From assembly GCA_964619725.1 (NCBI GenBank), contig CAZUFC010000006.1:67521-131520 (forward strand): a stretch of DNA of 64,000 nucleotides. Reading direction: 5' to 3'. This document shows, piece after piece, positions 18,420 through 28,564 of this stretch. The stretch comes from an uncultured bacterium (GTDB taxonomy: Bacteria; CSSED10-310; CAZUFC01). Under the pieces are notes generated by a model. That model worked only from the letters and a program-made list of their open reading frames with translations. It did not search any database and was not told where the DNA came from. The translations under genes were made by a program, and so were the position numbers. Positions within the stretch are counted from its first letter, which is position 1, and every line of letters begins with the position of its first letter.

Positions 18420-21400
18420 TTAATCCGAAATTAAAGCTTGAAATAAGGGAGGGACGGGGAGTTTATTCTTCAATGAAGTCAATTTGATCAGTCGGAGATC
18501 ATCCTGATCGATCATACGTTTGATATAACCTTTTTTGTGTTTTGATTTTTTGATATTTTCGACGGCGGAATCCATTAATTTTATTGTTTTTTGAAGGAGG
18601 AGAAGGGCATCCTTCCAATTTTTTCTATCAGCGGCGAGTCTGAAGAGTTCCATAGAAATATCGGATTGAAGAGCGGCGAGATTTTTATTTTCAGCTTGAG
18701 TGAGAGCGTGATTAAGGACGGGTAGGGCTTTTTGTATTCGGTTAGTTTTTCTGTAGAGTTTTCCGAGTGAAAAGAGAAATTTCAACTGATCGTGGAGTGG
18801 GTATTTGTTAGAATCGAAAGCTTTTTTATTTTCAAGGAGGATTTTTTCAGCTTCATGAAATTTTTTCATATCGATAAGGAGTCTGGAGCGGTGGATATTC
18901 ATGAGTGCGGCGCGAGCGGTCATATTTTTTTTGAGGAATAAGTCGACCATATTTTTCATGATGATTTCAGCCTGTTCGATATTTTGTTGTTCCATGAGGA
19001 GAAGGAGTCTGATTTTCATGAAGTCTTCGGTATTTTTTTCTTGAGGTTTAAGGATATTGGAGTGTTGCTGTAGGAGCGATTCGACTTGTTGAGTATCTCC
19101 GAATTGAATAAGGCAATCCGACATGCCGGAGATAATGGAGGGATTAAGGAAGCTTTTACCGAGGTATAGAGTAGTATTGAAGGCTTCACGGAAGCGATCC
19201 AGGGCCAGTTGGATATTACCGAGGATAAGATTGAGTTTGCCCAGGTTTCTGAGCACGGCGATCTGACCTCTTCTGTCGCCGATTTTTTTTCTGATTTTCA
19301 GGGCTTTGATGAAGGTGTTTCTGGCTTGCCGATAATCGCCGGCGTTCATTTGAGCGCCGCCGAGGTTATTAAGGACATAAGCGGCGCCGTGGAGATCATC
19401 GGATGATTCCATGATGTCTGCGGCTTTTTGGAAGAGATTTTTAGCTTTGTCGGTCTGTTGAGAATAGAAGTAAATATTTCCTATATTATTAATGCTGAAG
19501 GCTTCGCCTCTGGAGTTTTCGGCCATTGCGAACATTCGTTGTGCGTCATGGTATGCCTTCAGGGCTTCGTTCTGTTTACCCAGCGTTTGATAGACGGCTC
19601 CCAGTCCGTTAAAGCTGCGCGCTTCACCGGCAAGGTTTTCAGCGTTACGATGAATTTGAGCGGCTTTTTGAAAGGCTTCGGCCGCCTGATTGGTTTTCTT
19701 TTGCCTGTAGTACATTTCTCCTAATTTTTGAGTAAGAAGAGCGGTTTCATCGTAGTTTTGGGTTTGTTCGGCAATCTGAAGAGCGTTTTTCCATTGCCGT
19801 TCAGCCGAGTCATATTCGCCCAATTGGAAGTAAATACTGCCGGTGTTTTTTAGAATTCGTCGCCGGATATTCAGTTTCTTCTGATTTTTTTTTTGCAGTA
19901 TTTTTTCGCTGAAGCGTGTTCTGATGAGGTTCAGCGGCGGCGTTTCCGCAGTGAGCAGGATGCCGGAGGATGCAGCGGGTTCGATTTTCTTTTGAAGCAA
20001 GGCGTTGTCGTTTATTTCAAGGGCTTCCTGATAGAATTTCAAGGCTTCTTCATGAGAAAACTGTTTCAAGCGATTTTCTGCGGCTTTAATGAAAAAAGGA
20101 AGGGCTTTGCGAGGCATGCCGGCATTCCGGTAATGGCGCGCTTTCTGATCTGCGGAAGCGGCAGTGTTGAAGTGGGTTTCTGCGATCAATGTTTCTGCGG
20201 CTTTTCGATGTAAATTACGTTTAATGACCGGGTCCATATCGGCGATGATCCGATCTGAGACGGCGGCATCGGATAAAGTCAACAAGGAGGATGAGCTGCC
20301 GGCGTAGTCGATGTAATCATTATCCCAGAGTTCATTCAAGGCATCATAGAGTTTGTTTTCGTTCAATCCGGAAATCGATTTCAGGGCTGACAGGGGAATG
20401 CCTGCGCCCCAGACTGCGAAACCGCGAAGCGCCCATCTTGCCTCGGAGCTGAGCAAACCCTGCAAAGCATAGATTTCCATCTCCTCTCGCTCCGGCATGT
20501 CAGCCTCTGCAGCTGATTGATCCAGTGACTCCAGGCTGAATTCGCCCCGTGAACTTCTCCAGCGCCACTCATTCCCTTTTTTCTGAATGATCCGCATAGC
20601 GATAAGGTTTCTCAGAATCCGTAAAGCTTTCTTAGGAATTCCTCGGCTTCTTTCGTAAATAAAGCGGCTCAATCCCGGCAAGGCATTTCGAATACCCATT
20701 ACATGTTTTATAAGCCTTTCCGTCGCATTTATGTCGAAAGCTTTCAATTCAATAACTTCCGCGTCATTATTTTTCATCATAATTTCGACGTTCTTCTTCA
20801 GAGCAGCCGGACTCTTTTCCTGGTTGTATGAAGAGACAATCAGGAAAGCTATATCGGACGGCAGATATTTTCCGCCTTCCCGGCGGGTATAAATCAGTCG
20901 TTCGGCAGCGTTTTTAATCATCTCACGGAACAACGCATGCGACAGATGAAGATTGTCCAATATGATCAGAAGCGGTTTAATTTTGATAAGATGAAAAAGC
21001 AATTCCTTGAAAGAATCGAAGAGAGAATATTTTTCCGTTATATTTCCGGCATCGTCCATATCGGGTATCATGGATGAGCGGCCCTTCAAAAAATCAAACG
21101 TCCGTTTCAACTCGCTTTCTTCAGACAGCAGCTCCTTGAAGGAAAATTCCATCTTTTCCAACAAAGCCTGAAGAAGGCTTAAAGGCGAATCACGCGAAAT
21201 CAGGGCATCGACTTTTATGACGTTGACCGTCGCATCGAACGCCATGGTTTCCAATTCTTTCAAGATGCGGGTTTTACCTGAACCTGAAGCTCCTTTCAGC
21301 CAGATGGCGCCGCCCTTGGAGCTTTTCAGATTAACGAGTTTCTCCTTCATCCTGGAAATCAAATTGTCGTTGTCAATGTAGGGGGCTTGCAAGAGACTGA

Positions 21401-22265
21401 GTTCGAGCGCTTCCCGCCGAACCGGGACCTGCGTTATTTTTCCGAAACGTTTATGAATTTCTTCCGCCAATTCTGCAGCGGATTGGAACCTTCCTTGAGG
21501 ATTCCTGGCCGTCAATTTTGTACAAATGTCATTCCATTCATTCCACTCAGAACCCATGACGTCAGAGAGCGCAATCAAATCACCTGTCAGATGGGAACGG
21601 ATAACGGAATGCAAGCTTTCATCGTGAAAGGGCAGGCGCCCGGTAACGGCTTCAAAAAGAGTAATGCCCAGGGAGTAGAGATCGCAACGTCTGTCCAGGG
21701 GGCGTTCTTCCAGTTGTTCCGGCGCCATGTAGGCGGGAGAGCCTGCGATGACGTTCGTTTGGGCTGCGAAACCGGCGGAAGGGGCTGCAGCGATGAGTCC
21801 GAAGTCCATAAGGCGAATGGCATCGTCTTTTTTCAGCGCCATAATATTCGAGGGTTTAATGTCCCGGTGAACGATGCGTCGGGAATGGATGTAGTTCAAA
21901 GAATCGGCTACATCGGCCAGCAATTGAGCCAACAGAGCGAAAAATTCTGTCAAAGCCGATGCGCCTTTTCTGCGGAATTTTTCGAATCTGTCTTTAAAAT
22001 CCCGACCTTCCAGAAAATCCATAACGAAAAAAGGTCTGGATTCATGTATGCCCCATTCTTTAACTTTAACAATGGAGGGATGGCCCAGCTTCAAGAGGGC
22101 CCGAAATTCGCGCCTGACGCGGGGAAGTTCTTCCACATAACTTTCATCAAAAAGTTTCAGGGCAAAAATATCGTTATTGTCATCCTGTGCTTTGTAAACC
22201 GATGCAAAAGAACCTTTGCCGATGAATTTTAAAATTCTGTATTTGCCTATCCGTTTTGGAGTCAT
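18420..22265 (-). CDS. Ser/Thr protein kinase with AAA/STAND-like ATPase and TPR repeats
   Basis: IGKGSFASVY, HRDIKPSN, DFG, YMAPE; Walker A GASGSGKT; Walker B LIILDNLH; many TPRs. Start moved to the ATG at 22265, overlapping the upstream stop. Confidence 0.9.
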   Translation of the reverse strand: MTPKRIGKYRILKFIGKGSFASVYKAQDDNNDIFALKLFDESYVEELPRVRREFRALLKLGHPSIVKVKEWGIHESRPFFVMDFLEGRDFKDRFEKFRRKGASALTEFFALLAQLLADVADSLNYIHSRRIVHRDIKPSNIMALKKDDAIRLMDFGLIAAAPSAGFAAQTNVIAGSPAYMAPEQLEERPLDRRCDLYSLGITLFEAVTGRLPFHDESLHSVIRSHLTGDLIALSDVMGSEWNEWNDICTKLTARNPQGRFQSAAELAEEIHKRFGKITQVPVRREALELSLLQAPYIDNDNLISRMKEKLVNLKSSKGGAIWLKGASGSGKTRILKELETMAFDATVNVIKVDALISRDSPLSLLQALLEKMEFSFKELLSEESELKRTFDFLKGRSSMIPDMDDAGNITEKYSLFDSFKELLFHLIKIKPLLIILDNLHLSHALFREMIKNAAERLIYTRREGGKYLPSDIAFLIVSSYNQEKSPAALKKNVEIMMKNNDAEVIELKAFDINATERLIKHVMGIRNALPGLSRFIYERSRGIPKKALRILRNLIAMRIIQKKGNEWRWRSSRGEFSLESLDQSAAEADMPEREEMEIYALQGLLSSEARWALRGFAVWGAGIPLSALKSISGLNENKLYDALNELWDNDYIDYAGSSSSLLTLSDAAVSDRIIADMDPVIKRNLHRKAAETLIAETHFNTAASADQKARHYRNAGMPRKALPFFIKAAENRLKQFSHEEALKFYQEALEINDNALLQKKIEPAASSGILLTAETPPLNLIRTRFSEKILQKKNQKKLNIRRRILKNTGSIYFQLGEYDSAERQWKNALQIAEQTQNYDETALLTQKLGEMYYRQKKTNQAAEAFQKAAQIHRNAENLAGEARSFNGLGAVYQTLGKQNEALKAYHDAQRMFAMAENSRGEAFSINNIGNIYFYSQQTDKAKNLFQKAADIMESSDDLHGAAYVLNNLGGAQMNAGDYRQARNTFIKALKIRKKIGDRRGQIAVLRNLGKLNLILGNIQLALDRFREAFNTTLYLGKSFLNPSIISGMSDCLIQFGDTQQVESLLQQHSNILKPQEKNTEDFMKIRLLLLMEQQNIEQAEIIMKNMVDLFLKKNMTARAALMNIHRSRLLIDMKKFHEAEKILLENKKAFDSNKYPLHDQLKFLFSLGKLYRKTNRIQKALPVLNHALTQAENKNLAALQSDISMELFRLAADRKNWKDALLLLQKTIKLMDSAVENIKKSKHKKGYIKRMIDQDDLRLIKLTSLKNKLPVPPLFQALISD

Positions 22266-23221
22266 GAAAATCTGACGTTTCCGCCGACCTTTTTCAAACG
22301 TTCCATCACTTCCAAGGGCGTTTCCGATCGTTCTGCCGCATCCAGCGTCTGAACGACGGCACGCCATGAGCTCTCCGGCAATACTATACCATTTTTCAGC
22401 GACAAAACGAAACGTCGGACGCCTGCGGTCGCATTACTCACTGCGACAGCGAGGCCTCCTGCGGCATCGACCGCGGAAAACATCATCTGATCTGTTCCCG
22501 AATCTCCGACGGCGATGCAGGATTCCAGGGTTATCCCGTATGTCGAAGCCGCCAACGCCAAACCGATCGCTTTGGATATCGGAAAGGGCAGAAAATCGAT
22601 CGATGTTTTCGAACGAAAAATAAAAAAATCGCAGGGAAATGACCGGATTTCTTTTTTAATTTTTTTCTGTTCGCCTTGACCGATCATTTCAGCGATACGG
22701 TTCGTAGCTTGATAAGACAGCGGCTCTTCTCCGGTAAGAACAGAACGGTTCATTTTTTTCAAACGGTCTACAGCGACGCCATACAATCTATCCATCGCTT
22801 CAGGGCAATCGACTCCGCACGATACGGAATATTCCTTCCCCCGTTCGATCTGCAACGCTGGAAAATCCTTTTTCAACGAGCGCACAAAAGCATTAAGCGC
22901 CCTCACCCTATTTTTAAGTCCCCATTTTTCCGCTGTATCCGCGTATTCTCTTTCTGCCCAGGACCTGTATCGAAATAAAACGGCTCCATTTTCACAAACG
23001 TGCACTGCAGGTTTTTCCGTTTGAGTCCATCCCCAGGCTTCCGCGAATGCTTCCACATACGCCGCGGGTTTGCCCGTGGTTAAAATAGGAAGACAATACG
23101 ATTTTTTCTTCAGGAGTCCGGGAATTCGCTTTTGAAACATCCCCGTCGCTTTCTGATTGAAAGGAGCGCTTTTAGGTCCGTAAAGGGTTCCGTCAATGTC
23201 TATGCCTATCAATAAAGCCAT
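22262..23221 (-). CDS. HAD-superfamily hydrolase (Cof/IIB-like)
   Basis: DIDGTL, TTGK, SKAIG, GDSGTD motifs. Confidence 0.85.
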   Translation of the reverse strand: MALLIGIDIDGTLYGPKSAPFNQKATGMFQKRIPGLLKKKSYCLPILTTGKPAAYVEAFAEAWGWTQTEKPAVHVCENGAVLFRYRSWAEREYADTAEKWGLKNRVRALNAFVRSLKKDFPALQIERGKEYSVSCGVDCPEAMDRLYGVAVDRLKKMNRSVLTGEEPLSYQATNRIAEMIGQGEQKKIKKEIRSFPCDFFIFRSKTSIDFLPFPISKAIGLALAASTYGITLESCIAVGDSGTDQMMFSAVDAAGGLAVAVSNATAGVRRFVLSLKNGIVLPESSWRAVVQTLDAAERSETPLEVMERLKKVGGNVRFS

Positions 23222-23323
23222 AACGAGAACCTTAAAAGAGTGATGAAATGTTCATGAAAAATTCAGGAAATGAACCGCCCAAAACGCCTCGATTTGTATC
23301 TCCGCCGCTGCTTATATCCCGGT

Positions 23324-24166
23324 TCATGCTTTTGACAGCTTCTCAGGATTGAATTCCTTAACGCGGAATAAGACGAGTGCGCCGAACAAAAAGAACAAGC
23401 CGCTTAAAATCAAAACCGAGAGCGCCGCTAAAGTTGAAGCAGGTTCATGTACTATCTGGAACATTTTTTCAGCGGTCTTGGGAGGTATAGGCATAATGGA
23501 TTGCAGATAATGAAGGACAGTCAGCTTATGAACGGTCCCCGGAACGTAAGATACGATCTTTTCCCATCCGAAAATAAAAACCAGGCCGATGAACATCGAA
23601 CGTCGCGTAATCTGAGACAGCAGTAAAAACAAGGAACCGTAGCTCCAAAGTCCTAATGCGACAATTACGACGTCTTTCCAGAGATAGCCCTGATAGTTCC
23701 AGCACTTGCTGATGCTTTCCGGCACGAAAAACGCCAGATAAGTCAGAATTAACGACAGATTTACAAGAATAACGACTCCCGTGAAGAATCCCAGGTGTTT
23801 TCCTGTAACGATAGCGTTTTTGTCTATCGGCCTTATCAAGAGATAAGGAAGCGTTTTACCTTCTATTTCCTCAGAGAGCACAGAATTAGCCAGAGAGAGG
23901 GCGCTGAGGGGGACAAACAGATAGAGGAATCCGAACTCAAAGAAAATCCGAAAGTACTGGAAATTAGTTTTCTCAACATTAAGACCGAGTTCAGAGATTA
24001 CATTGATCGCAGCGGCTCCGATAACGGGTAGAATCAGCAATAAAGCCGTTTTTCTGTTTCGGGGATTGGAGAGCGTATGGATAATGTTGTAACGCGCTAT
24101 AATCCAGATGGGGCGGAAAAAAGTCTCCCAAAGGTTCAGTTTGGTGATATCGGTTTCTTTGAGCAT
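23324..24166 (-). CDS. ABC-2 type transporter permease
   Basis: EEIEGKTLPYLLIRPI...GK motif, six TM segments; start moved to MLKETD. Confidence 0.85.
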   Translation of the reverse strand: MLKETDITKLNLWETFFRPIWIIARYNIIHTLSNPRNRKTALLLILPVIGAAAINVISELGLNVEKTNFQYFRIFFEFGFLYLFVPLSALSLANSVLSEEIEGKTLPYLLIRPIDKNAIVTGKHLGFFTGVVILVNLSLILTYLAFFVPESISKCWNYQGYLWKDVVIVALGLWSYGSLFLLLSQITRRSMFIGLVFIFGWEKIVSYVPGTVHKLTVLHYLQSIMPIPPKTAEKMFQIVHEPASTLAALSVLILSGLFFLFGALVLFRVKEFNPEKLSKA

Positions 24167-24179
24167 GACCAAGGTCCTT

Positions 24180-25103
24180 TTATCGCACCAGGTACTCGAA
24201 CACGGCCTGCAGGTCTTCATCAGGCGAAACAAGCCGTCTGATTTCAACATGATCTTTTACAACAGTTTCCGCCAGTCTGAGACAAAATTCATCGGGTCTG
24301 TCGGTTTCAATTGTAAGTCCATCCCTGGAGCGGTCGAATTTGATGGATAATATGTCGCCATGACTGATCAATCTGGAAGCCAGCTTGTGTATTTCGGGCG
24401 AAATTATGTGAAACTGCAGAGGATGGGACCTGATGAGCTCTCTTATTTCGAATATTTTTCCGGAGGCCAGTATTTTTCCATGATTCATAAGCACGATGTT
24501 CTCCGTCATTGATTCGACTTCATGCAGAATATGGCTTGAAACCATGACGAATTTGTTTTCCAGACCGAATTTTCGGATCAGTTTAATGCACATTCGCCTG
24601 CCCAGCGGGTCCATACCGTTTAAAGGTTCATCTAGAAAAATTATTTGAGGATCATGTGCGATGCTTTGGGCCAGTTTTAATCTTTGCCTCATTCCTTTAC
24701 TGTAAGCGCCGACTTTACGATCTTTTTGATCGATCAGGCTGACGGTTTCCAGGGCAGCCAGCGCTTTTTCGGATGCCTGGGATACATTGAACCCCGACAA
24801 ACGAAGCAGATATTCCAGAAATTGATACCCGGTCAAACGGTCGTAAAAAGCATCGAACTCCGGGCAGTAGCCGATGATCCTGTTTAATGAGGGATTATTC
24901 CAGATGCTCTGATTAAGGATTCTGATTTTTCCGAGTTTGGGTTTAAGTTGACCGGTAAGGAGACGAATCAGGGTCGTCTTTCCTGCTCCGTTGGGTCCCA
25001 GAAGTCCAACGACTCCCTCCCCCAGCTCAAAACTGACGTCATTGACGCCAATGACCTGTCCGTACCATTTGCTTAAATTTTCAACCGATATAATAGACGT
25101 CAT
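24180..25103 (-). CDS. ABC transporter ATP-binding protein
   Basis: GPNGAGKT, YSKGMRQR, LDEP, SSH. Confidence 0.95.
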   Translation of the reverse strand: MTSIISVENLSKWYGQVIGVNDVSFELGEGVVGLLGPNGAGKTTLIRLLTGQLKPKLGKIRILNQSIWNNPSLNRIIGYCPEFDAFYDRLTGYQFLEYLLRLSGFNVSQASEKALAALETVSLIDQKDRKVGAYSKGMRQRLKLAQSIAHDPQIIFLDEPLNGMDPLGRRMCIKLIRKFGLENKFVMVSSHILHEVESMTENIVLMNHGKILASGKIFEIRELIRSHPLQFHIISPEIHKLASRLISHGDILSIKFDRSRDGLTIETDRPDEFCLRLAETVVKDHVEIRRLVSPDEDLQAVFEYLVR

Positions 25104-25966
25104 TTGATGATTTCCGTCGGTTTAACTTTAATTCTGAGTATTGCCGCGCAGACCAGGGCGAATGCCGAAAGATAAATTGCGGAGACGAACATATCTGCTG
25201 AGCCTCTTGAGGATTCAAGCATAAAAAGACCGTTTCCTATGGCTCTTAATGCGTCGAGCATCGACAGCGCTCCAGTCCACTTGTTCGGGAAAAAACTGTA
25301 AAGAAAGCCCTGCAATAAACCTGAACCGAAAACGACAAAAAGTGCACCTAAAACCGCATGCCGCCGTCGCGAACTCAGTGCGGATACGGCTAAAATCATC
25401 AGCCCCAGACTTATAGTCAGCGTCAGGTAATACCCGGTTATGGGCAGGAAAATCCAGTAATAGGCCTTGAGAAATTCAGGCGAAACAAGACAGGCTAAGG
25501 CAAAGCTGCCTAATCCCGGCAGCAGGCTTACGAAAGCCAGGTATCCGCCGACGATCATGAGTTTTCCCAGGAAATAATCCAGGCGAGTGATGGGTTTGGA
25601 AAAATAAAGTTCCAGGGCTTTATTTCGCTGATCGTCGCAGATCAGGCTGTGACCGGCAACCAGGCTAAGAAAGAAATATATGATGGTTTGCACGTCCAGA
25701 GCCTTGGCGAAAAAAACGGGCTTGATTCCTTCCACTTCAAACATATCTTTAACCATTTTCATTATTTCCGGGGATTCCTGCAGTCTGGCGAAGGCGATAA
25801 TCCCGCCGGTAAAAAACAACCAACTGACGGCCGATGAGAAAAGAATGAATTTCACCAGTTTCCCGAATTGACTCCGTATGCCCGTGACGCTTATTACCAG
25901 CCAACGAAAACGGCCGGCGGTCCTTTTGCCTTCCCATCGTCTGTATGTTTGTTCAAAAATCGGCAC
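25100..25966 (-). CDS. ABC-2 type transporter permease
   Basis: DDQRNKALELYFSKPITRLDYFLGK motif; multiple TM segments. Confidence 0.85.
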   Translation of the reverse strand: MPIFEQTYRRWEGKRTAGRFRWLVISVTGIRSQFGKLVKFILFSSAVSWLFFTGGIIAFARLQESPEIMKMVKDMFEVEGIKPVFFAKALDVQTIIYFFLSLVAGHSLICDDQRNKALELYFSKPITRLDYFLGKLMIVGGYLAFVSLLPGLGSFALACLVSPEFLKAYYWIFLPITGYYLTLTISLGLMILAVSALSSRRRHAVLGALFVVFGSGLLQGFLYSFFPNKWTGALSMLDALRAIGNGLFMLESSRGSADMFVSAIYLSAFALVCAAILRIKVKPTEIIK

Positions 25967-25980
25967 GGTTTTTCCTGTCC

Positions 25981-26892
25981 CTACGTCAATGCCTCGGCAA
26001 AAACATCCTCCAGGGTCATTCGTCCCGTATCGAGCTGCCTTATGGGGCTTTTCGTCCGCAATGAAACTTCAAAGAAAAGTTCCGTATTTGCGTTTTCCGG
26101 GAGTTCTACGGTAAAAGATTCTCTGTCTTCCGAAGTGGAAACCAGGCAGTTTTTTTGCTTTAATAATGAAATAAAGGATTCTTTGTTATCACGGACTCTG
26201 ACGATGTAAGTTTTGAATTTATCGCCGCGGAGGTCGTCAATTCTTCCGGTAAGTTTGATCCGGCCGTGATCGAGTATAATAATGTCGTTGCATACGTATT
26301 GAACGTCGGGGAGCAGGTGCGACGAAAAAATAATGCTGATGCCTTTATTGCGGCCTATGTCGCGGATAAGGTCCAGCATCTCCTGTCGTCCCCTGGGGTC
26401 CATGCCGTTTGTCGGTTCGTCCAGGAACATGAGCTGAGGATCATGCACAAGCGCTTGAGCGAGTTTAATGCGTTGGATCATCCCCGATGAATAGGTTTCA
26501 AGATTGCGGTATTTTGCTTCACCCAATCCGACATACAGGAGCGCTTCGTGAGCCCTCTGCATGGCATCGCGCGAGGGCAATCCGCATAATTTTCCGAAAT
26601 AAGAAGTGAATGTCACAGCGTTCAAAGACGGCAGAAAAGTTTCGTTTTCCGGGAAGTATCCGATTTCCAGCCTGAGGTCTCTGTCTCCTTTTGCGATGGA
26701 GCGTCCCAGCAGTTCTGCATGACCTTCAGAGGGAATCAATCCCAGCAGGGCTTTGATTAAACTGCTTTTGCCGGCTCCGTTGGGACCGAGCAATCCAATG
26801 GGTCCCGGGGGCACATCCAGGGAAATGCCGTCAATAGCTTTAATTTTTCCGTATTTGACCGAAAAATTTTCCAGCCGAATAACTGCTTCCAT
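25981..26892 (-). CDS. ABC transporter ATP-binding protein
   Basis: GPNGAGKS, YSSGMIQR, LDEPT, SSH; start moved to MEAVIRLE. Confidence 0.95.
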   Translation of the reverse strand: MEAVIRLENFSVKYGKIKAIDGISLDVPPGPIGLLGPNGAGKSSLIKALLGLIPSEGHAELLGRSIAKGDRDLRLEIGYFPENETFLPSLNAVTFTSYFGKLCGLPSRDAMQRAHEALLYVGLGEAKYRNLETYSSGMIQRIKLAQALVHDPQLMFLDEPTNGMDPRGRQEMLDLIRDIGRNKGISIIFSSHLLPDVQYVCNDIIILDHGRIKLTGRIDDLRGDKFKTYIVRVRDNKESFISLLKQKNCLVSTSEDRESFTVELPENANTELFFEVSLRTKSPIRQLDTGRMTLEDVFAEALT

Positions 26893-27138
26893 AATGCAGG
26901 TCCTGTTCTCAATGGTCTGCAACTTAAACCTGAATTCGACTATAAGCCTTTGAATGGCCAAGGTCAAATAAAAATTTGCAGCTTTTCATTTGACATTTAT
27001 CCCTCGAATGAATACATCTGAATTGTAGAATGTTTGGGTCCGAGGCAAAACTTCGACCTGAGTTCAAACATTTTTCAAGTGAAGGGTTGGGAGAAATCAT
27101 TAATTTTATAGCGCATTTTTGAAGGAGGTTTTTCAAAG

Positions 27139-28455
27139 ATGATGAAACGAAAGATAGCGGGATGGTTAACGGCGAGTTTGATGATTTTAAGTCTGGCGGG
27201 GTTTGTCTGTGCGGCTGAAGTCCAGCATTCGGAGCTGGCGGAGATACAGAAGGCCATAAAGGAATCCGGTGCTGATTGGACGGCGGGGATGACATCCATG
27301 GCAAAATTAGGCAAAGAAGAATTCAAGACGAGATTAGGCGCAGTGGTTCCTTTCGAGATGCAGAAGAAACCCGGCGACATAATTCATCATGAAAGCGAAA
27401 GCAAGGATTTGACGCCCAGCAATTATGACTGGCGAAACTACAACGGTATGGATTGGACGACGCCGATAAAAGATCAGGCGCAGTGCGGAAGCTGCACGGC
27501 ATTCGGTTCGCTGGCGGCATTCGAATCTCTGTGGAAAATTCACAACAATGCTCCGTTAATGGAAATAGATTTATCCGAGCAGCATTTATTCATGTGTTCC
27601 GGAGGAGGTTGTTCAACCGGAGCGACGCTTCAGTCGCCGGCCATGTATATCGTCAACAACGGCGTTCCGGATGAGGCATGTTTTCCGTATACGGCTACGG
27701 ATCAGCCTTGTTCGAACACCTGCCCTGACTGGCAGGAACGAGCGATTCAGGCCGGGAGCTGGAGGCAATTATTCGGCGGCGAATCAGCCGTAAAAGAAGC
27801 TGTCGCTGAAGCGCCAGTTCTGACTTCCTTTACGGTTTACGAAGATTTCCGTTATTACGAAGGCGGCGTTTATGAACACGTTTCCGGCGGCATGCTCGGC
27901 GGACATGCCGTATGCATCGTCGGATGGAACGACTCTGAAAACTCCTGGATCGTTAAGAACTCCTGGGGAACAGAATGGGGTGAAGAAGGCTGGTTCAGAA
28001 TTAAACGGGGCGATTGCGGCATAGGAATGAATACCATCGCTTTCTCCATGGAACCGGGCGGTTGTATGGCCAATGAAACGGCAAAAGATACGGACGTGTG
28101 GTCTCAGTTGGAAGTTTTAAGGACGTTCAGAGATGAATTCCTGGCCGACAGCGATATGGGTCGGAACCTGATAACGCTGTATGAAGCTTTCAGCCCGGAA
28201 ATAGCCTGGCGATGCTCTTTGAACGACTATACGCGCTATTCGGTGCTTAAAGCCGTTGAAGCCGCCGCTTCAATAGCGCAGAACTATCTCGAAACCGGCG
28301 AAGTTCAATTTTCAAAACAGGAAGTGAAAGTCATCCAGGCGGCTGCAGATCATCTTAAAGGCAATGCCTCACCGCCGTTGCGCTTCTTCATCAACATCGT
28401 CCAGGGATATCTGCACGACCTCTATTCGCCGAAACCGATCAAAGCCGTGCAATAA
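27139..28455 (+). CDS. Secreted papain-family (C1A) cysteine peptidase with CFI-box-CTERM-like domain
   Basis: QAQCGSCTAF, LSEQ, GGHAV, KNSWGTEWGEEG; tail GGCMA...LEVLRTFRDEFL...GRNLITLY..FSP. Confidence 0.9.
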   Translation: MMKRKIAGWLTASLMILSLAGFVCAAEVQHSELAEIQKAIKESGADWTAGMTSMAKLGKEEFKTRLGAVVPFEMQKKPGDIIHHESESKDLTPSNYDWRNYNGMDWTTPIKDQAQCGSCTAFGSLAAFESLWKIHNNAPLMEIDLSEQHLFMCSGGGCSTGATLQSPAMYIVNNGVPDEACFPYTATDQPCSNTCPDWQERAIQAGSWRQLFGGESAVKEAVAEAPVLTSFTVYEDFRYYEGGVYEHVSGGMLGGHAVCIVGWNDSENSWIVKNSWGTEWGEEGWFRIKRGDCGIGMNTIAFSMEPGGCMANETAKDTDVWSQLEVLRTFRDEFLADSDMGRNLITLYEAFSPEIAWRCSLNDYTRYSVLKAVEAAASIAQNYLETGEVQFSKQEVKVIQAAADHLKGNASPPLRFFINIVQGYLHDLYSPKPIKAVQ

Positions 28456-28477
28456 AGCATTAAAAAATTGACGTTTT

Positions 28478-28511
28478 AAAAGCTCGCATCTATGCTGATG
28501 CGGGCTTTTTT
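28478..28511 (+). terminator. Rho-independent terminator
   Basis: AAAAGCTCGCATC-loop-GATGCGGGCTTTTTT. Confidence 0.8.
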
Positions 28512-28564
28512 CATTTACAGACGGAGAACCTTACAAGGCGACGAAAAATCAAAAAGGAAAAAAA

